Notes: a model not told the origin generated them from the letters alone. Shown: positions 19,730 to 30,205, counted from the stretch's first letter. The stretch is DNA of 64,000 nt from Longimicrobiales bacterium (GCA_965204735.1 OZ242008.1:3552001-3616000), one strand, 5' to 3'. Numbers and translations are program-made.

Positions 19730-22700
19730 GTGGCCCGCTGGCCGGAACTCCGGCTGGAACTCTTCGGCGGACCTTCCCTCCAGCGAGACGGACGCCACGT
19801 GGGGACATCTCCCTACCAGGCCGCGCTCCTGGCCGTCGTCTTCGGCGAGGGCAGGGACCGCCTCGCGCGATCGTTCGTCCATCGGCTCCTCTGGGAGGAC
19901 GCGCACCGCCGAGCCGTCAGTCATCGCGCCAGCCAGCTGGTCTACCAGACGAACCGGCGCTGCGGAGCTCGAGTGCTCTCGTTGGAGGGGGAGTTCGTCC
20001 GCGTATGCGCCGGGACCGTCGGCTGCGACCTGGACGACTTCGAGGAGATGATCCGCGTTCCCCGCTTCGGGGACGCCTGCCAGCTGCTGGAGCGCGGCTT
20101 CCTCTCCGCGTTCCCGCGCCGAAGGACGCGGGCGCTGGCGGGCTGGATCGAGGAGCGGAGGGCCACCATGCGGGCCAAGCTTCGCCGGAAGGCTCTTTCG
20201 ATCTGGGAGTTCGCGGAGCGTTCCGGCGACTGGTCCCACGCGCGCCAAGCCGCCGAAGCGCTGCTCCGCCTCGAGCCCCACGACGAGACGGTGCTTCGCC
20301 GAGTCATGAAGGCCACGGCCCTGGGCGGCATGGTCCGGGAGGCCGAGGCCGTGTATCAAGCCTTCGCCGACCAGGCGAGGCCGTCGGGAGAGTGGGTTCC
20401 CGAGCGGGAGACCACCGCCTTGCTGCGCTCCGTCCAGTCGGCGGTCCGCATCCCCGAAGCGGCGTCCAGGGCCGCGCCCCCGCTGGAGGTGGAGGCGCCG
20501 TTCCTCGGTCGGGAAGAAGAGCTGGCGCACGTGGCGCGCAGCATCTTCGGAAGGGAGGCGGGCGACCGCCTGCGCGTCGTGGTGGTCGGCGGCGAGGCGG
20601 GGATCGGCAAGACGAGACTTGTGGAGGAGGCGATTCACGGCGCGCGCTTTCGGGGCTACCGGGTCTTGCGGGCGGCCACGGCCGAGCTGGAGCAGGAGAT
20701 GCCGCTGCGGCCGCTGCTGGAAGGGCTGAACCAGCCTTGGACGGGTGCGCTGCTGCGCGCCGTCGAAGACCCGTGGCGATCCACGCTCCTCTCTCTCATG
20801 CCCCAGTTCCATGAAGGACCGGACCCCCGGCCCAACTCCACTGGGCCCAACTCCACTGCATCCAGCCCGGAGGCTGTCGCCAAGCGCGCGTGCGAAGCGT
20901 TCCTGCACTTGTTCGAAGCCGTCGCCCGCGATCGGCCGACGATCTTCTTCTTGGACGACCTGCATTGGGCCGACCCGGCGACGCTGGCCGTCCTTCAGCT
21001 CGTTCGCCGCCGCTGGGGGCCGAACCGCTTCACGCTGGCGCTGGCGTATCGGCCGGAGGAGCTGCCCGCGCGCGGTCCGGCTTTCCGGCTCGCGCGGGAC
21101 CTGGAGGCGGACCCTCGCGCGACGACGATGCGCCTGGGTCGGCTGGGCGCGGAGCAGGCCCGGGAGGTTGCGGCGGCCGTCTCGGCCCGGTCTCTGTCGG
21201 ACGCGGCGCTGGACCAAGTCGCGGCGCTGGCAGGAGGCAACCCCTTCTTCCTGATCGAACTAGCGGAGGAATGGGCCGCCGACCGCATCCCGGCACGGCC
21301 CCAGGAGAAGCTGCCGGCGCCGACCTCGATGCGCCGGCTGATCCTCCGTCGCATGGCGCAGCTGGACCCCGTCGCCGCAAGGGTGGCCGCCGCGCTCTCG
21401 GTCTGCGGTCGCACCGTCGCGCTGGGGAAGCTGTGCCAGATCGCCGGCGCCGGCCGCATGGAATGCGTGGCCGCGTTGGAGACCCTCAGGCGGCTTCGGT
21501 TCGTCCGATGGACCGACGGCGGCGTCGGCATCCGCAACGAGATCGTTCGGAAGACGGTGTACGACGATCTCGATCCGACCCGTCGGGCCCTGCTACGCTC
21601 GGCCGCGGCCGAGACGCTGCGCTCCGTCTCCCGCCCGCCGCTGGACCAAGTCGCCCTCCACTTCTCTCGAGCCGGAGGGCGCGAGCCGGCCGACCGCTTC
21701 GCGGCGGCAGCCGCGGACGAGCATGGACGCCCCGCCGACCGCATGGGACTTCTTGGCCCGACCCGCGACGCCGGGCAGGAGCGGGACGGTCGTTCCGTTG
21801 CCGCGCGCTTGGCGCAGGCCCACTACGACTCCCAGGAGCTGGCGGACGCCCGCCGCTGGGGCGAGGAGGCCCTGAAGAACGCCCAGGGACTCTCGAGCGC
21901 GGCGAGGATCGAGATGGAGCTGGTGAGCGCCGTCGCCCGTTGGCGCCTCGGGGTCGACCCGCCTGCAACGACCTTGGCCACGCTGGCCGCACTGGAGAAG
22001 ACGGCGCTCGAGGAGCAGGAGGAGACCCTCGCCGCCCGAGTCCTGGACGCCACGTTGGAGGCAATGGAGGCGACGCCCGCCGAAGGGCCTGGCGGCGAAG
22101 CCGAAGTCGCGGACCTCGGCGCCAGGGCTCGCGGCATGACCGCCTGCGCAGAGCCTGCGGCGCGATGCCGGATCATGGCGCTGTTGGCCGCCGACCCAAG
22201 CGCCGGCCCCGCCTCCGGGCCGCCGTCGGCGAGAGTGGCCTGGAGCCGACGGGCCATGGCGCTCGTCCGCGACGAGAAGCTCGGGGCGGAGGAGATGCTG
22301 GCCTGTCAGCGACACGTGCTGGCGTTGGCCGCAAACGGCCTGCTGGCGACCGCCGAGGGCCGCGCCGCGGTGGCGCGGGCCCGCGCGGCCGCTGCGACGA
22401 CTCGCGACGCCCGCGCCCGGGCTCTCTTCCTCTTTCAGCTCGCCGACTGGCACGTCGTCTCGGGCGCTTCCGAGGCGGCCGCCGAGATCATGGCCGAGTA
22501 CCGCGCCGCCCTGGGCTCCACCGACTGTCCCGGCCTCCGCTTTCTGGAACAGTTCGGGCAGGGCGCGACGGCCCTGGGGCAGGGCGACCTGGGCGCAGCC
22601 GAGAGCGCCTTCGCCGAAGCCCGGGAGCTGCCGACGCAGTGCATCTCCCGGCGACTCCTCGCCAGGCTGGCCGGACTGGATGGGCAGCTGCTGCTGGATC

Positions 22701-23020
22701 TGGGACGCATCCGTCAGGCGGGCGAGCTTGCGAAGCGCGCGCCCGTCAAGGCAGGTGCCCCCGGCGACCTGCTTGCGTTTCACGCGCGCTACCTGTCCCG
22801 CGTCGGCGAGGCCGGCCGGGCCGTGGCGTTGCTGAAGAGGGGCTTGGCGGAGACTCGGTCGACGCGGCCCGTCTCTTGGCTGCGCCTGGCGCTGGAGTTC
22901 GTGCGCTTGGCGCGTCGGAGCGGTCGGCCCCGCGCCGAGCTGGCTCGACTGGCCCGCACTCGGGCCCACGAGCTGGAGCTGCCCGGCCTGGCCCACGAAT
23001 TCGTGCCCTACGTCGACTGA
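19730..23020 (+). CDS. SARP-like regulator: BTAD domain + AAA ATPase + helical repeats
   Basis: LRLELFGGP, LLRLEPHDE (BTAD), FLGREEEL, Walker A GEAGIGKTRL, LDDLHWAD, AGGNPFFLIEL. Confidence 0.85.
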   Translation: MARWPELRLELFGGPSLQRDGRHVGTSPYQAALLAVVFGEGRDRLARSFVHRLLWEDAHRRAVSHRASQLVYQTNRRCGARVLSLEGEFVRVCAGTVGCDLDDFEEMIRVPRFGDACQLLERGFLSAFPRRRTRALAGWIEERRATMRAKLRRKALSIWEFAERSGDWSHARQAAEALLRLEPHDETVLRRVMKATALGGMVREAEAVYQAFADQARPSGEWVPERETTALLRSVQSAVRIPEAASRAAPPLEVEAPFLGREEELAHVARSIFGREAGDRLRVVVVGGEAGIGKTRLVEEAIHGARFRGYRVLRAATAELEQEMPLRPLLEGLNQPWTGALLRAVEDPWRSTLLSLMPQFHEGPDPRPNSTGPNSTASSPEAVAKRACEAFLHLFEAVARDRPTIFFLDDLHWADPATLAVLQLVRRRWGPNRFTLALAYRPEELPARGPAFRLARDLEADPRATTMRLGRLGAEQAREVAAAVSARSLSDAALDQVAALAGGNPFFLIELAEEWAADRIPARPQEKLPAPTSMRRLILRRMAQLDPVAARVAAALSVCGRTVALGKLCQIAGAGRMECVAALETLRRLRFVRWTDGGVGIRNEIVRKTVYDDLDPTRRALLRSAAAETLRSVSRPPLDQVALHFSRAGGREPADRFAAAAADEHGRPADRMGLLGPTRDAGQERDGRSVAARLAQAHYDSQELADARRWGEEALKNAQGLSSAARIEMELVSAVARWRLGVDPPATTLATLAALEKTALEEQEETLAARVLDATLEAMEATPAEGPGGEAEVADLGARARGMTACAEPAARCRIMALLAADPSAGPASGPPSARVAWSRRAMALVRDEKLGAEEMLACQRHVLALAANGLLATAEGRAAVARARAAAATTRDARARALFLFQLADWHVVSGASEAAAEIMAEYRAALGSTDCPGLRFLEQFGQGATALGQGDLGAAESAFAEARELPTQCISRRLLARLAGLDGQLLLDLGRIRQAGELAKRAPVKAGAPGDLLAFHARYLSRVGEAGRAVALLKRGLAETRSTRPVSWLRLALEFVRLARRSGRPRAELARLARTRAHELELPGLAHEFVPYVD

Positions 23021-23095
23021 CGATGCGCCGGATCGGAGACGTCGCGCGCGCCGACGCCCGTTCCGAATGCTCCCGCCGAGTGTAGATTTCCCCGG

Positions 23096-23362
23096 ATGAG
23101 GACGGTCGAAGGAGAGGCCCGCCGGGCGCTGTCGAGGCTCCGCAGGTCCGTGGAGAAGGCCCGCCGGGAGCTGGGCGCGCTGCGGGCCGCGTTGGAAGAG
23201 GCCGAAGGAGGGGACTTTCCCTCGGACAAGTACGAGGAGTGCGACGAGCGCTTGGCTGCGACGACGGGCTGGATCGGCGAAGAGGAGGCGCGCCTCCGAG
23301 CCAAGACGCTGCGCGCCGGCGGGCTGGAGCCAAGCACGCTCCGGAGGTCGCCGGAACGATGA
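23096..23362 (+). CDS. Hypothetical coiled-coil protein
   Basis: 88-aa amphipathic ORF whose stop overlaps the next start (ATGA). Confidence 0.6.
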   Translation: MRTVEGEARRALSRLRRSVEKARRELGALRAALEEAEGGDFPSDKYEECDERLAATTGWIGEEEARLRAKTLRAGGLEPSTLRRSPER

Positions 23363-25146
23363 GACGCAGGGAGTTCGTTGCCCGGGGCACCGCCGGCTTG
23401 GCCGCCTTCTCTTCGTTGCCGGGCCGGTCGGGGCCGCTTGGCCGGACGGAGCTGCGGGGACGCGGAGCAGCTCCGTCGAGCGCCCAGCCGGAAGTTGTCG
23501 TGCGCGGAGGAACGGTCTTCGACGGAACCGGCGGCCCGCCCCTTGCCGGCGATGTGGCGGTGTCCGGCGACCGCATCGTCCACGTCGGCCGCGTCTCGGC
23601 CCGCGGCGCTGCGGAGATCGACGCCCGCGGAATGGCGGTCGCCCCGGGGTTCGTGGACATCCACTCCCACGCGGACCTCTCGCTGCTCGTCAACCCTGCC
23701 GCGGAAAGCCGGGTCCGCCAGGGGGTCACGCTGGAGGTGGTCGGCCAGGACGGCAGCTCCGTCGGTCCCTGGGGCGACGCCGCCTTCGAATCGGTTCGCG
23801 ACCGCTACCGTCGGAGCTGGGACGTCGAGATCGACTTTCGGGACCTGGGCGGCTTCCTGGACAGGATCGACCAGGAGCGGCCGGCGGTGAGCGTGGCGAC
23901 GATGGTGGGCCACGGCACGATCCGCAGCCGCGTCGTGGGCGGCGCGAGCCGTCCCGCCACCCCTTCCGAGGTGGACCAGATGCGGTCGCTCGTGCGCGGC
24001 GCCCTGGCCCAAGGCGCGGTCGGCCTCTCCACCGGACTGGAGTACACGCCCGGCAGCTTCGCCTCCCTGGAGGAGCTGACGGCCCTGGCCGGAGAGCTGC
24101 GGGACTCCCCGTACCCCTACGCCTCCCACTTGCGCAACGAGGACGACCGGCTTCTCGCAGCCCTGGAGGAAGCCCTGCACGTGGGTCGGGCCGCCGGCGT
24201 CCCCGTCCAGGTGTCGCACCTCAAGGCCCAGGGCGAGCGCAACTACTGGAAAGCGGACGCCGCCCTCGCCGCGATCGAGGCCGCCCGGACCGCAGGCGTG
24301 GACGCCCACTTCGACCGCTATCCGTACACCGCCTACGCAACCAGCCTCTCCAACCTCTTCCCCGCGTCCGCCCGCTCCGGCGGCGCCGCCCGGCTGCTGG
24401 AGCGCCTGGACGACCCGTCCCAGGGTCCGGCGCTGGAGCGCGCGTGCCGCGACAAGGTCGCCCTGCTCGGGTCGTGGGACGCGGTGCAAGTCAGCGGCTC
24501 CGGCGGCATCGCGCCGCGCGCCCGCGGCCGCCGACTGGGCGAGCTCGCTCGGGAGCTGGGCGACGACCCCTACGAAGTCGCGGTCCGCCTCATCCGAGAG
24601 AGCGGCGGCCGCGTCGGAATGATCGGCTTCGGCATGTCGGAGGAGAACACGGAGCGCCTCCTGGCCCACCCCCTGGGGATGGTGTGCTCCGACGGCGGCG
24701 CCTATGCGCCCTACGGCCCCCTCTCGGCGTCGTCGCCCCATCCCCGGGGCTACGGCAGCTTCCCGCGGGTCCTCGGCCGCTACGTCCGGGAGCGGAACGC
24801 GCTGACGCTGGAAGCCGCGGTCCACAAGATGACGGGCCTGCCCGCGGCCAAGCTGGGACTGGCGGACCGGGGCGCGGTCCGCGCGGGGGCCGTCGCCGAC
24901 CTGGTGGTGTTCGACCCGGACCAGGTCGGCGACGGAGCCACCTTCGAGCAACCTCATCAGTACCCGACGGGCGTTCGCCACGTGCTCGTCGGCGGCGTGC
25001 ACACGATCCGCGACGGCGAGCAGACCGGGCGCCGGGGCGGGCGCGCCGTGCGGGGCGTCGGCGCCGGCCGACAGGGGCCCGGCTCGGCGTCGGTCCGCGC
25101 TTCACGGCCAGGCGTGGGCGCCCGCGGGCCGGGACCCCGCCGCTGA
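23359..25146 (+). CDS. N-acyl-D-amino-acid deacylase-like amidohydrolase with Tat signal
   Basis: MRRREFV twin-arginine motif; APGFVDIHSHAD, SHLRNE, SHLK, HPRGYGSFPRVL, ADLVVFDP. Confidence 0.88.
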   Translation: MRRREFVARGTAGLAAFSSLPGRSGPLGRTELRGRGAAPSSAQPEVVVRGGTVFDGTGGPPLAGDVAVSGDRIVHVGRVSARGAAEIDARGMAVAPGFVDIHSHADLSLLVNPAAESRVRQGVTLEVVGQDGSSVGPWGDAAFESVRDRYRRSWDVEIDFRDLGGFLDRIDQERPAVSVATMVGHGTIRSRVVGGASRPATPSEVDQMRSLVRGALAQGAVGLSTGLEYTPGSFASLEELTALAGELRDSPYPYASHLRNEDDRLLAALEEALHVGRAAGVPVQVSHLKAQGERNYWKADAALAAIEAARTAGVDAHFDRYPYTAYATSLSNLFPASARSGGAARLLERLDDPSQGPALERACRDKVALLGSWDAVQVSGSGGIAPRARGRRLGELARELGDDPYEVAVRLIRESGGRVGMIGFGMSEENTERLLAHPLGMVCSDGGAYAPYGPLSASSPHPRGYGSFPRVLGRYVRERNALTLEAAVHKMTGLPAAKLGLADRGAVRAGAVADLVVFDPDQVGDGATFEQPHQYPTGVRHVLVGGVHTIRDGEQTGRRGGRAVRGVGAGRQGPGSASVRASRPGVGARGPGPRR

Positions 25147-26471
25147 TTCCAGAGCCGCTGCCGGCCCTGGCCGACGCGCTGGGCGCGTGGTTCGCGCGCT
25201 GGGAGGCGCCGGATCAGCGCCCGACGGCGACGGCGCCCGATGTCGCGGGCGCGCCCCCTCGCAACGTGACCGCCAAGGCGCCGGATCAGCCTCCGACGGC
25301 ATCGGCGCCCGAGGCCTTCGACGACGACGCCTTCAACCACTGGGCCTTGCGGGTCCACGCCTGCCAGCGCGCGACCACTCCAGCGCTGCGCCGCTTCTGG
25401 GACGCGGCGGGCTGCCGGTCGCCGACGCGCTGGGAAGAGATCCCTCCCGTTCCCGCTGCCGCCTTCCGGGACGTCGTCGTCGGCCCGGAGGCGGCGGAGG
25501 CGGTGTTCCGCACCAGCGGCACCACCGGGGGGCAGGGAAGAAGGGGCGAGCATCGCGTCGCCAGCTTGGCCCTCTACCGAGCCGCCGCCCGCGGCAACTA
25601 CCGCCGCCACCTCTTGCAGGGGACGAGGTCCACCCGCGTCGTGTCCTTGGTCCCCAACCCGGTCGCCGTGCCGGAGTCGTCCCTGGCGGCGATGGCGGGG
25701 TTCGTCTGCGGGGAAGCGGAGGTGTCGGCCGCGACCTGGGCCTTCGACGCGAACACCGGGGTCGACGCGGAGGCCGTTCGGCGGGCCGCGGCCGCTTCCC
25801 TCCGTTCCCAGGAACCCGTGCTGCTGCTGGCCACCGCCTTCGCGCTCGTCCAGCTCATGGACGCGGTCGAAGGCGCCGGCGGGGGCTCCGCGGACGAAGG
25901 GCTCCGGCTCCCGCCCGGGTCCCGAGTCATGGAGACGGGCGGCTTCAAGGCGCGGACGGCGGAGGTGGACCGGGAGTCCCTGTACCGCCGGATCCGCACC
26001 GTCCTGGGAGTGCCCGAGTCCCACGTGACCAGCGAGTACGGGATGACCGAACTTCTCTCCCAGGCATACGACGCCGTCGCCGGCGCCGCCGGACCCCCGG
26101 CTGCCCGGGTTCATCGGTTTCCGCCTTGGGTCCGAACCCGCGCCCTGGACCCGTCCACCCTGACGCCGCGGCCGCCCGGCCGTCCCGGACTGCTGGCCCA
26201 CTTCGACCTGGCCAACGCGGGCTCCGCTTGCCCCGTGCTCACAGAAGACGTGGGGGCGACGACCGGAGACGGCGGCTTTCGTCTCCACGGGCGCGCGTCG
26301 GGCGCCGTTCCCAGGGGCTGCTCCCTGCTGGCCGAAGCTTTCTTCCGGGCCGCCGACACTCGGGCTGGGACCGCCGACGCTCGGCGCGCGACCGCCGGTG
26401 CCACAGGGTCCATGGGCGCCCCGGAAGCGCCCAGCCGCCCGGCGACCGCCGAGGCCCCCGGCCGGTCGTGA
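25143..26471 (+). CDS. LuxE-like acyl-protein synthetase
   Basis: FRTSGTTG, METGGFK, SEYGMTELLSQAY, FDLAN, GR..GA.PRGCSL. Start uncertain. Confidence 0.8.
   Translation: MIPEPLPALADALGAWFARWEAPDQRPTATAPDVAGAPPRNVTAKAPDQPPTASAPEAFDDDAFNHWALRVHACQRATTPALRRFWDAAGCRSPTRWEEIPPVPAAAFRDVVVGPEAAEAVFRTSGTTGGQGRRGEHRVASLALYRAAARGNYRRHLLQGTRSTRVVSLVPNPVAVPESSLAAMAGFVCGEAEVSAATWAFDANTGVDAEAVRRAAAASLRSQEPVLLLATAFALVQLMDAVEGAGGGSADEGLRLPPGSRVMETGGFKARTAEVDRESLYRRIRTVLGVPESHVTSEYGMTELLSQAYDAVAGAAGPPAARVHRFPPWVRTRALDPSTLTPRPPGRPGLLAHFDLANAGSACPVLTEDVGATTGDGGFRLHGRASGAVPRGCSLLAEAFFRAADTRAGTADARRATAGATGSMGAPEAPSRPATAEAPGRS
25204..25312. repeat. 37-bp imperfect direct repeat pair with a 35-bp intervening segment (in frame)
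   Basis: AGGCGCCGGATCAGC..CCGACGGC..CGGCGCCCGA at 25204-25240 and 25276-25312. Confidence 0.85.
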
Positions 26472-27988
26472 CCAAGCCCGCGCGCCCCGGTGCGTCCCTC
26501 GCGGACCCGTCCGTCGTCGAAGCGCCTCGTCCCGAAGCCTGCATCTTCGACGCCCCCGTCGTCGACGGATGGCTGTGGCCCCCGGAGGCGCCCCGCCCCA
26601 ACTCCTTCGTCGAGGCGCGGGCCGGGCAGGCGCGGGTCCGTGCGCCGGTCCCCGAGCCCGGTCGCGCCGCCGCGCTCTTCTCCTCCCTCCGGGCCGCGAG
26701 CCGGCGCTTGGCTGCCCGCCCCGTCCAGCAGATCGCGGCAACGCTGGGATCGGTCGCCACCGCCCTCGTCCGAACCCTGAACGACGACGCTCTGCGCGAA
26801 GTCGCCGCCAACGCGGCGCTCTCGCCCGCCATGGCGCGGGAAGTGCTCGCAGGGGTGGCGGAGACCTGGACGCCGCACGCCCTCGACCGCCTCCTGCGGG
26901 CAGAGTTCCCCGACCCCCGGGCGCTGGACGGCTTCGCGCCCGACGGCGACCGGGCCGTCCGCGCCGCAGGCCACGGCGCGACCCTTCACATCGGCTCCGG
27001 AAGCGTGCCCGGCGCGACCGCCACGTCGATGATCCGCGCCCTTCTGGTCAAGTCGGCCGTGCTGGCCAAGCCCGGCACCGGCGACGTCGCGCTGACCGTC
27101 CGCTTCGCCCAGGCGCTCCGCGAGGCCGACCCCGTCTTGGGCGCCGCCGCCGCCGTCCACTACTGGCCCGGCGGCGACCCCGCCCACGACGCCTGGGAGC
27201 GGGCCCTCCTGCACGGCGCCGATCAAGCGGTCGTCTACGGCGCCGACGCCGCCATCGAGTCGGTGCGCGCTCGGGCGCCCGCGACTACCCGCCTAGTTGA
27301 GCACGCCCACCGCCTCGGCGTCGCCGTCGTGGACCCGGCGCGCGCGCCCGAATCGGCGGCCCACGCCGCCCGCGCGGCGGCCCTCTGCGACCAGCGCGGC
27401 TGCGTCAGCGCCCACCTCTTCCTGCTCCTGGCGAACCGCGAGGAAGCCGCTCGGTGGTGCTCCGCCCTCGCGGCCCGGCTGGCCGCCCTGCACCGCGCCC
27501 TTCCCCCGACGCCCGGAGGCGCCGGCCCGCTCTCGGCACTCCACCAGCTTCGGGGCCGCCTCGCCATGAAGAAGGCCGCATCGGGCGCCGTCGAGCTGTG
27601 GACTTCCCGCAGCTCGCCGTCGCCGACCTCTGGCGAGCCGGACGCGGCCCGCGACGCTCCCGGCTGGACCGTCGTCTTGGCGACGATGGAGGAGTTCGAG
27701 CCCGTGGGCTTCCGCACGGCCTGGGTCGTCCCGGCATCGGACCTGCAAGGATGCTTGGAGGCGCTGGGCCCGATGGCGCCCGCGCTTCAGACCGTGGGCC
27801 TGGCCGGAGCGCCCGACGAACCCTTCAGCGAGTCCGGCTTCGTCGAATCCCTGGCCACGGTGGGGGCCACGCGAATCGTTCCGCTGTCGGAGATGCCCTT
27901 CCCCGACGCGCGGTGGCTTCACGACGGCGCTCGGCCCCTGGGCGAACTCGTACGCTGGGCGGAAGCACGGCCGGGAGGAGCGGAGTGA
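26468..27988 (+). CDS. LuxC-like acyl-CoA reductase
   Basis: LHIGSGSVP, RALLVKSAVLAKP, VVYGAD, catalytic DQRGCVSAH, GATRIVPL, WLHDG; start overlaps the luxE-like stop (GTGA). Confidence 0.82.
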   Translation: MTKPARPGASLADPSVVEAPRPEACIFDAPVVDGWLWPPEAPRPNSFVEARAGQARVRAPVPEPGRAAALFSSLRAASRRLAARPVQQIAATLGSVATALVRTLNDDALREVAANAALSPAMAREVLAGVAETWTPHALDRLLRAEFPDPRALDGFAPDGDRAVRAAGHGATLHIGSGSVPGATATSMIRALLVKSAVLAKPGTGDVALTVRFAQALREADPVLGAAAAVHYWPGGDPAHDAWERALLHGADQAVVYGADAAIESVRARAPATTRLVEHAHRLGVAVVDPARAPESAAHAARAAALCDQRGCVSAHLFLLLANREEAARWCSALAARLAALHRALPPTPGGAGPLSALHQLRGRLAMKKAASGAVELWTSRSSPSPTSGEPDAARDAPGWTVVLATMEEFEPVGFRTAWVVPASDLQGCLEALGPMAPALQTVGLAGAPDEPFSESGFVESLATVGATRIVPLSEMPFPDARWLHDGARPLGELVRWAEARPGGAE

Positions 27989-28000
27989 GGGGGCGGACCC

Positions 28001-28192
28001 TCAGTCTTCGTCCTTCGCCGCCTTCCGCCACAGCACCAGCTGGCGGAGGCCCCGAGAGTTCTCCTCGACCCGCACCACGACGGTGTCCCCTTCGGCAATG
28101 CCGCAGTCCTCGCGCATCGTCTTGGGGATCGTCATCCGCCCTTCGGTGCCGACGGTGGCTTCCGCGTAGTAGAGCGTTCGGTAGATTGCCAC
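28001..28192 (-). CDS. AbrB/MazE/SpoVT-family DNA-binding protein
   Basis: ATVGTEGRMTIPKTMREDCGIAEGDTVVV swapped-hairpin signature. Confidence 0.8.
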   Translation of the reverse strand: MAIYRTLYYAEATVGTEGRMTIPKTMREDCGIAEGDTVVVRVEENSRGLRQLVLWRKAAKDED

Positions 28193-28345
28193 GAGAAGTC
28201 CTTCCTTGGGGGTCGATGGGAATCAGGCTGTCGAGGGTCGCTGGAATTACGCTCGGACCGGGGGCGCTGCCGTTGCCCGCCGGACGAAGCAGCCAACAAG
28301 TATAGTCCCGACCGGTGCATCTCCGAACACTTCAGCCCTTTCCGT

Positions 28346-30205
28346 TGTCGTACCAATTTAGAAATGTCCGGTCTTACCAAGATAGAAATGTCCTCTTTCG
28401 GGCGATGTTCGGCGGGAGTCGAACTCGTGCCCGGGAGAGGAGCGAATGGAGTTGAGCTTGAAGGAGCGGGACCGGATCTCGGTGTTGAGGCAGGTGAGCG
28501 AAGGCGTGCTGGCGGCGGCCGACGGCGCGGCGCGCTTCGGGGTGACGGAGCGTCACTTCCGGCGCGTGCGCCGCCGGTTCGAGGCGGCGGGCGACGAGGT
28601 GGTCGTGCACGGGCTCCGGGGTCGGAGGTCGAACCGGTCGCTGCCGTCGGAGACGCGGGAGCAGGTGCTGGTCATGGCCAGGGACCCCGACTACGCCGAC
28701 TTCGGCGCCACGTTTCTGGCGGAGCATGTCGAGCGGGAGCTGGGCGTGCGCGTCAGCGCGGAGACGCTGCGGGCATGGCGGAAGGGCGCGGGCTTGTGGC
28801 AGCGCAAGCGCAAGCGGGCGAAGCACCGGCGCCGACGGCCGCGTCGCGCCGCGCGGGGCGAGCTGCTCCAGTGGGACAGCTCGGTTCACGCCTGGCTTGA
28901 AGACCGGGGGCCGCCCGACCTCGTGCTGATCGCGCTGCACGACGACGCGACGAGCGGGTTCATGCACGGTCGCTTCGTCGAGCGCGACACGGGCGCCGCG
29001 AATCGGCGAGCGATCGTCGAGTGCCTCGAACGCCACGGACGGCCGAGGGCGGTGTACGTGGACCACGCGGGCCACTTCGGGCAGCGCCTCGGCCCGGAGG
29101 GCAAGCGGACCCGGACGATCATCGGCACGGCGCTGGAGAAGCTGGGCGTCGAGGTGGTCCTGGCGAACTCGCCGCAGGCGAAGGGCCGGGTCGAGCGGAC
29201 GTTCGGCACGGCGCAGGACCGGCTGGTCAAAGAGATGCGCTTGGCGCGAGTCACCACGCTCGAGGCGGCGAACCGCTACTTGGAGGAGCGGTGGGTTCCG
29301 TTCTGGAACGAACGCTTCACGGTGGCGCCGGCCGATCCCCTCGACGCCCATCGCCCGCTGCCTCAGGACATCGATCTGGAAGCCCTCTTCGCCGAGACGG
29401 ACACGCGGGTCGTGGCCCGCGACTTCACCGTGCGCTTCGAGAACCGCTTCTGGCAGGTCACGGCCCGCGACGCCGAGGCGGCCGGCGTCGCGCCGGGCTC
29501 CCCCGTCGTCGTCGAACGGCGCCTCTCGGGCGAGCTGCGCTTCCGGCATCGCGGCTGCTACCTGACGCCCAAGGCCTTGGGGGCGGTCCGGTCGGCGACG
29601 CCCAAGCCGGCGCCGGCGCCCGCGACGGCCAAGCCCAGGCCCAAGCCGCCGAAGCCGGGAAGGGATCACCCGTGGCGCAAGCACTTCAGCGCCAGCGTGG
29701 CCCAGGCCGTGGCCAAGCGGGAACACCGCGCCGCCCACTCCAACGGGACCGGTCCCGAGCGGTGCAGGACCTCGTCCTGAGCCTGCAGGCGGGGACGGCA
29801 GCTCGCACTCCCCTTCCCGCAAAGGTCGGACGCGACCGCAGTGTCGGCATCCGTGCCTCCGAGGCTTGCCGGCGCTGCGCAGGTCGCTCGGCGCACCACG
29901 ACCGTCCGAGCTGGCAGGCTCAGTGCGAACTGCGAGCCATCGGGGCAGCAGTGTCCGGACCCGTCCGCGTTGGCGTCCACCCGGCCAGAGCTTGGCCACG
30001 GCGACGACCTCGACTCGCCCGGCCGCCACTGGCCTTGAAGCGCCTGGAACAGGGCGCCCGGCGCCGTCCAGCCCAGGCTTGCTGGATCCGCGTGTCCTGC
30101 GCCCGACACCTGGCCCCCGGCCTCAGGAAGAACCCACCGTCCACACCATCAGGGGGGACATTTCTACTTTGGCCAACTACCGGACATTTCTACTTTGGCT
30201 TGACA
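28346..30205 (+). mobile_element. Complete IS1202-family (ISNCY-derived) insertion sequence, 1860 bp, with 16-bp target-site duplication
   Basis: TGT...ACA ends; subterminal TAGAAATGTCC x2 (left) and GGACATTTCTA x2 (right); CTTCAGCCCTTTCCGT at 28330-28345 and 30206-30221. Confidence 0.92.
28446..29780 (+). CDS. DDE transposase of the IS1202/ISNCY type
   Basis: N-terminal HTH, GELLQWDSSVHAWLE, DDATS, VYVDH, SPQAKGRVERTFGTAQDRL, DHPWR. Confidence 0.93.
   Translation: MELSLKERDRISVLRQVSEGVLAAADGAARFGVTERHFRRVRRRFEAAGDEVVVHGLRGRRSNRSLPSETREQVLVMARDPDYADFGATFLAEHVERELGVRVSAETLRAWRKGAGLWQRKRKRAKHRRRRPRRAARGELLQWDSSVHAWLEDRGPPDLVLIALHDDATSGFMHGRFVERDTGAANRRAIVECLERHGRPRAVYVDHAGHFGQRLGPEGKRTRTIIGTALEKLGVEVVLANSPQAKGRVERTFGTAQDRLVKEMRLARVTTLEAANRYLEERWVPFWNERFTVAPADPLDAHRPLPQDIDLEALFAETDTRVVARDFTVRFENRFWQVTARDAEAAGVAPGSPVVVERRLSGELRFRHRGCYLTPKALGAVRSATPKPAPAPATAKPRPKPPKPGRDHPWRKHFSASVAQAVAKREHRAAHSNGTGPERCRTSS

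Noticed and set aside
25143..27988. Bioluminescence operon
   Set aside because: No luxA/luxB luciferase or luxD in the window.
28001..28192. AbrB/MazE protein as the antitoxin of a TA pair
   Set aside because: No adjacent toxin ORF; the downstream neighbour is the convergent luxC-like gene.
29666..30109. Passenger ORF inside the IS
   Set aside because: No recognisable motifs or RBS in any frame; it overlaps the transposase end.
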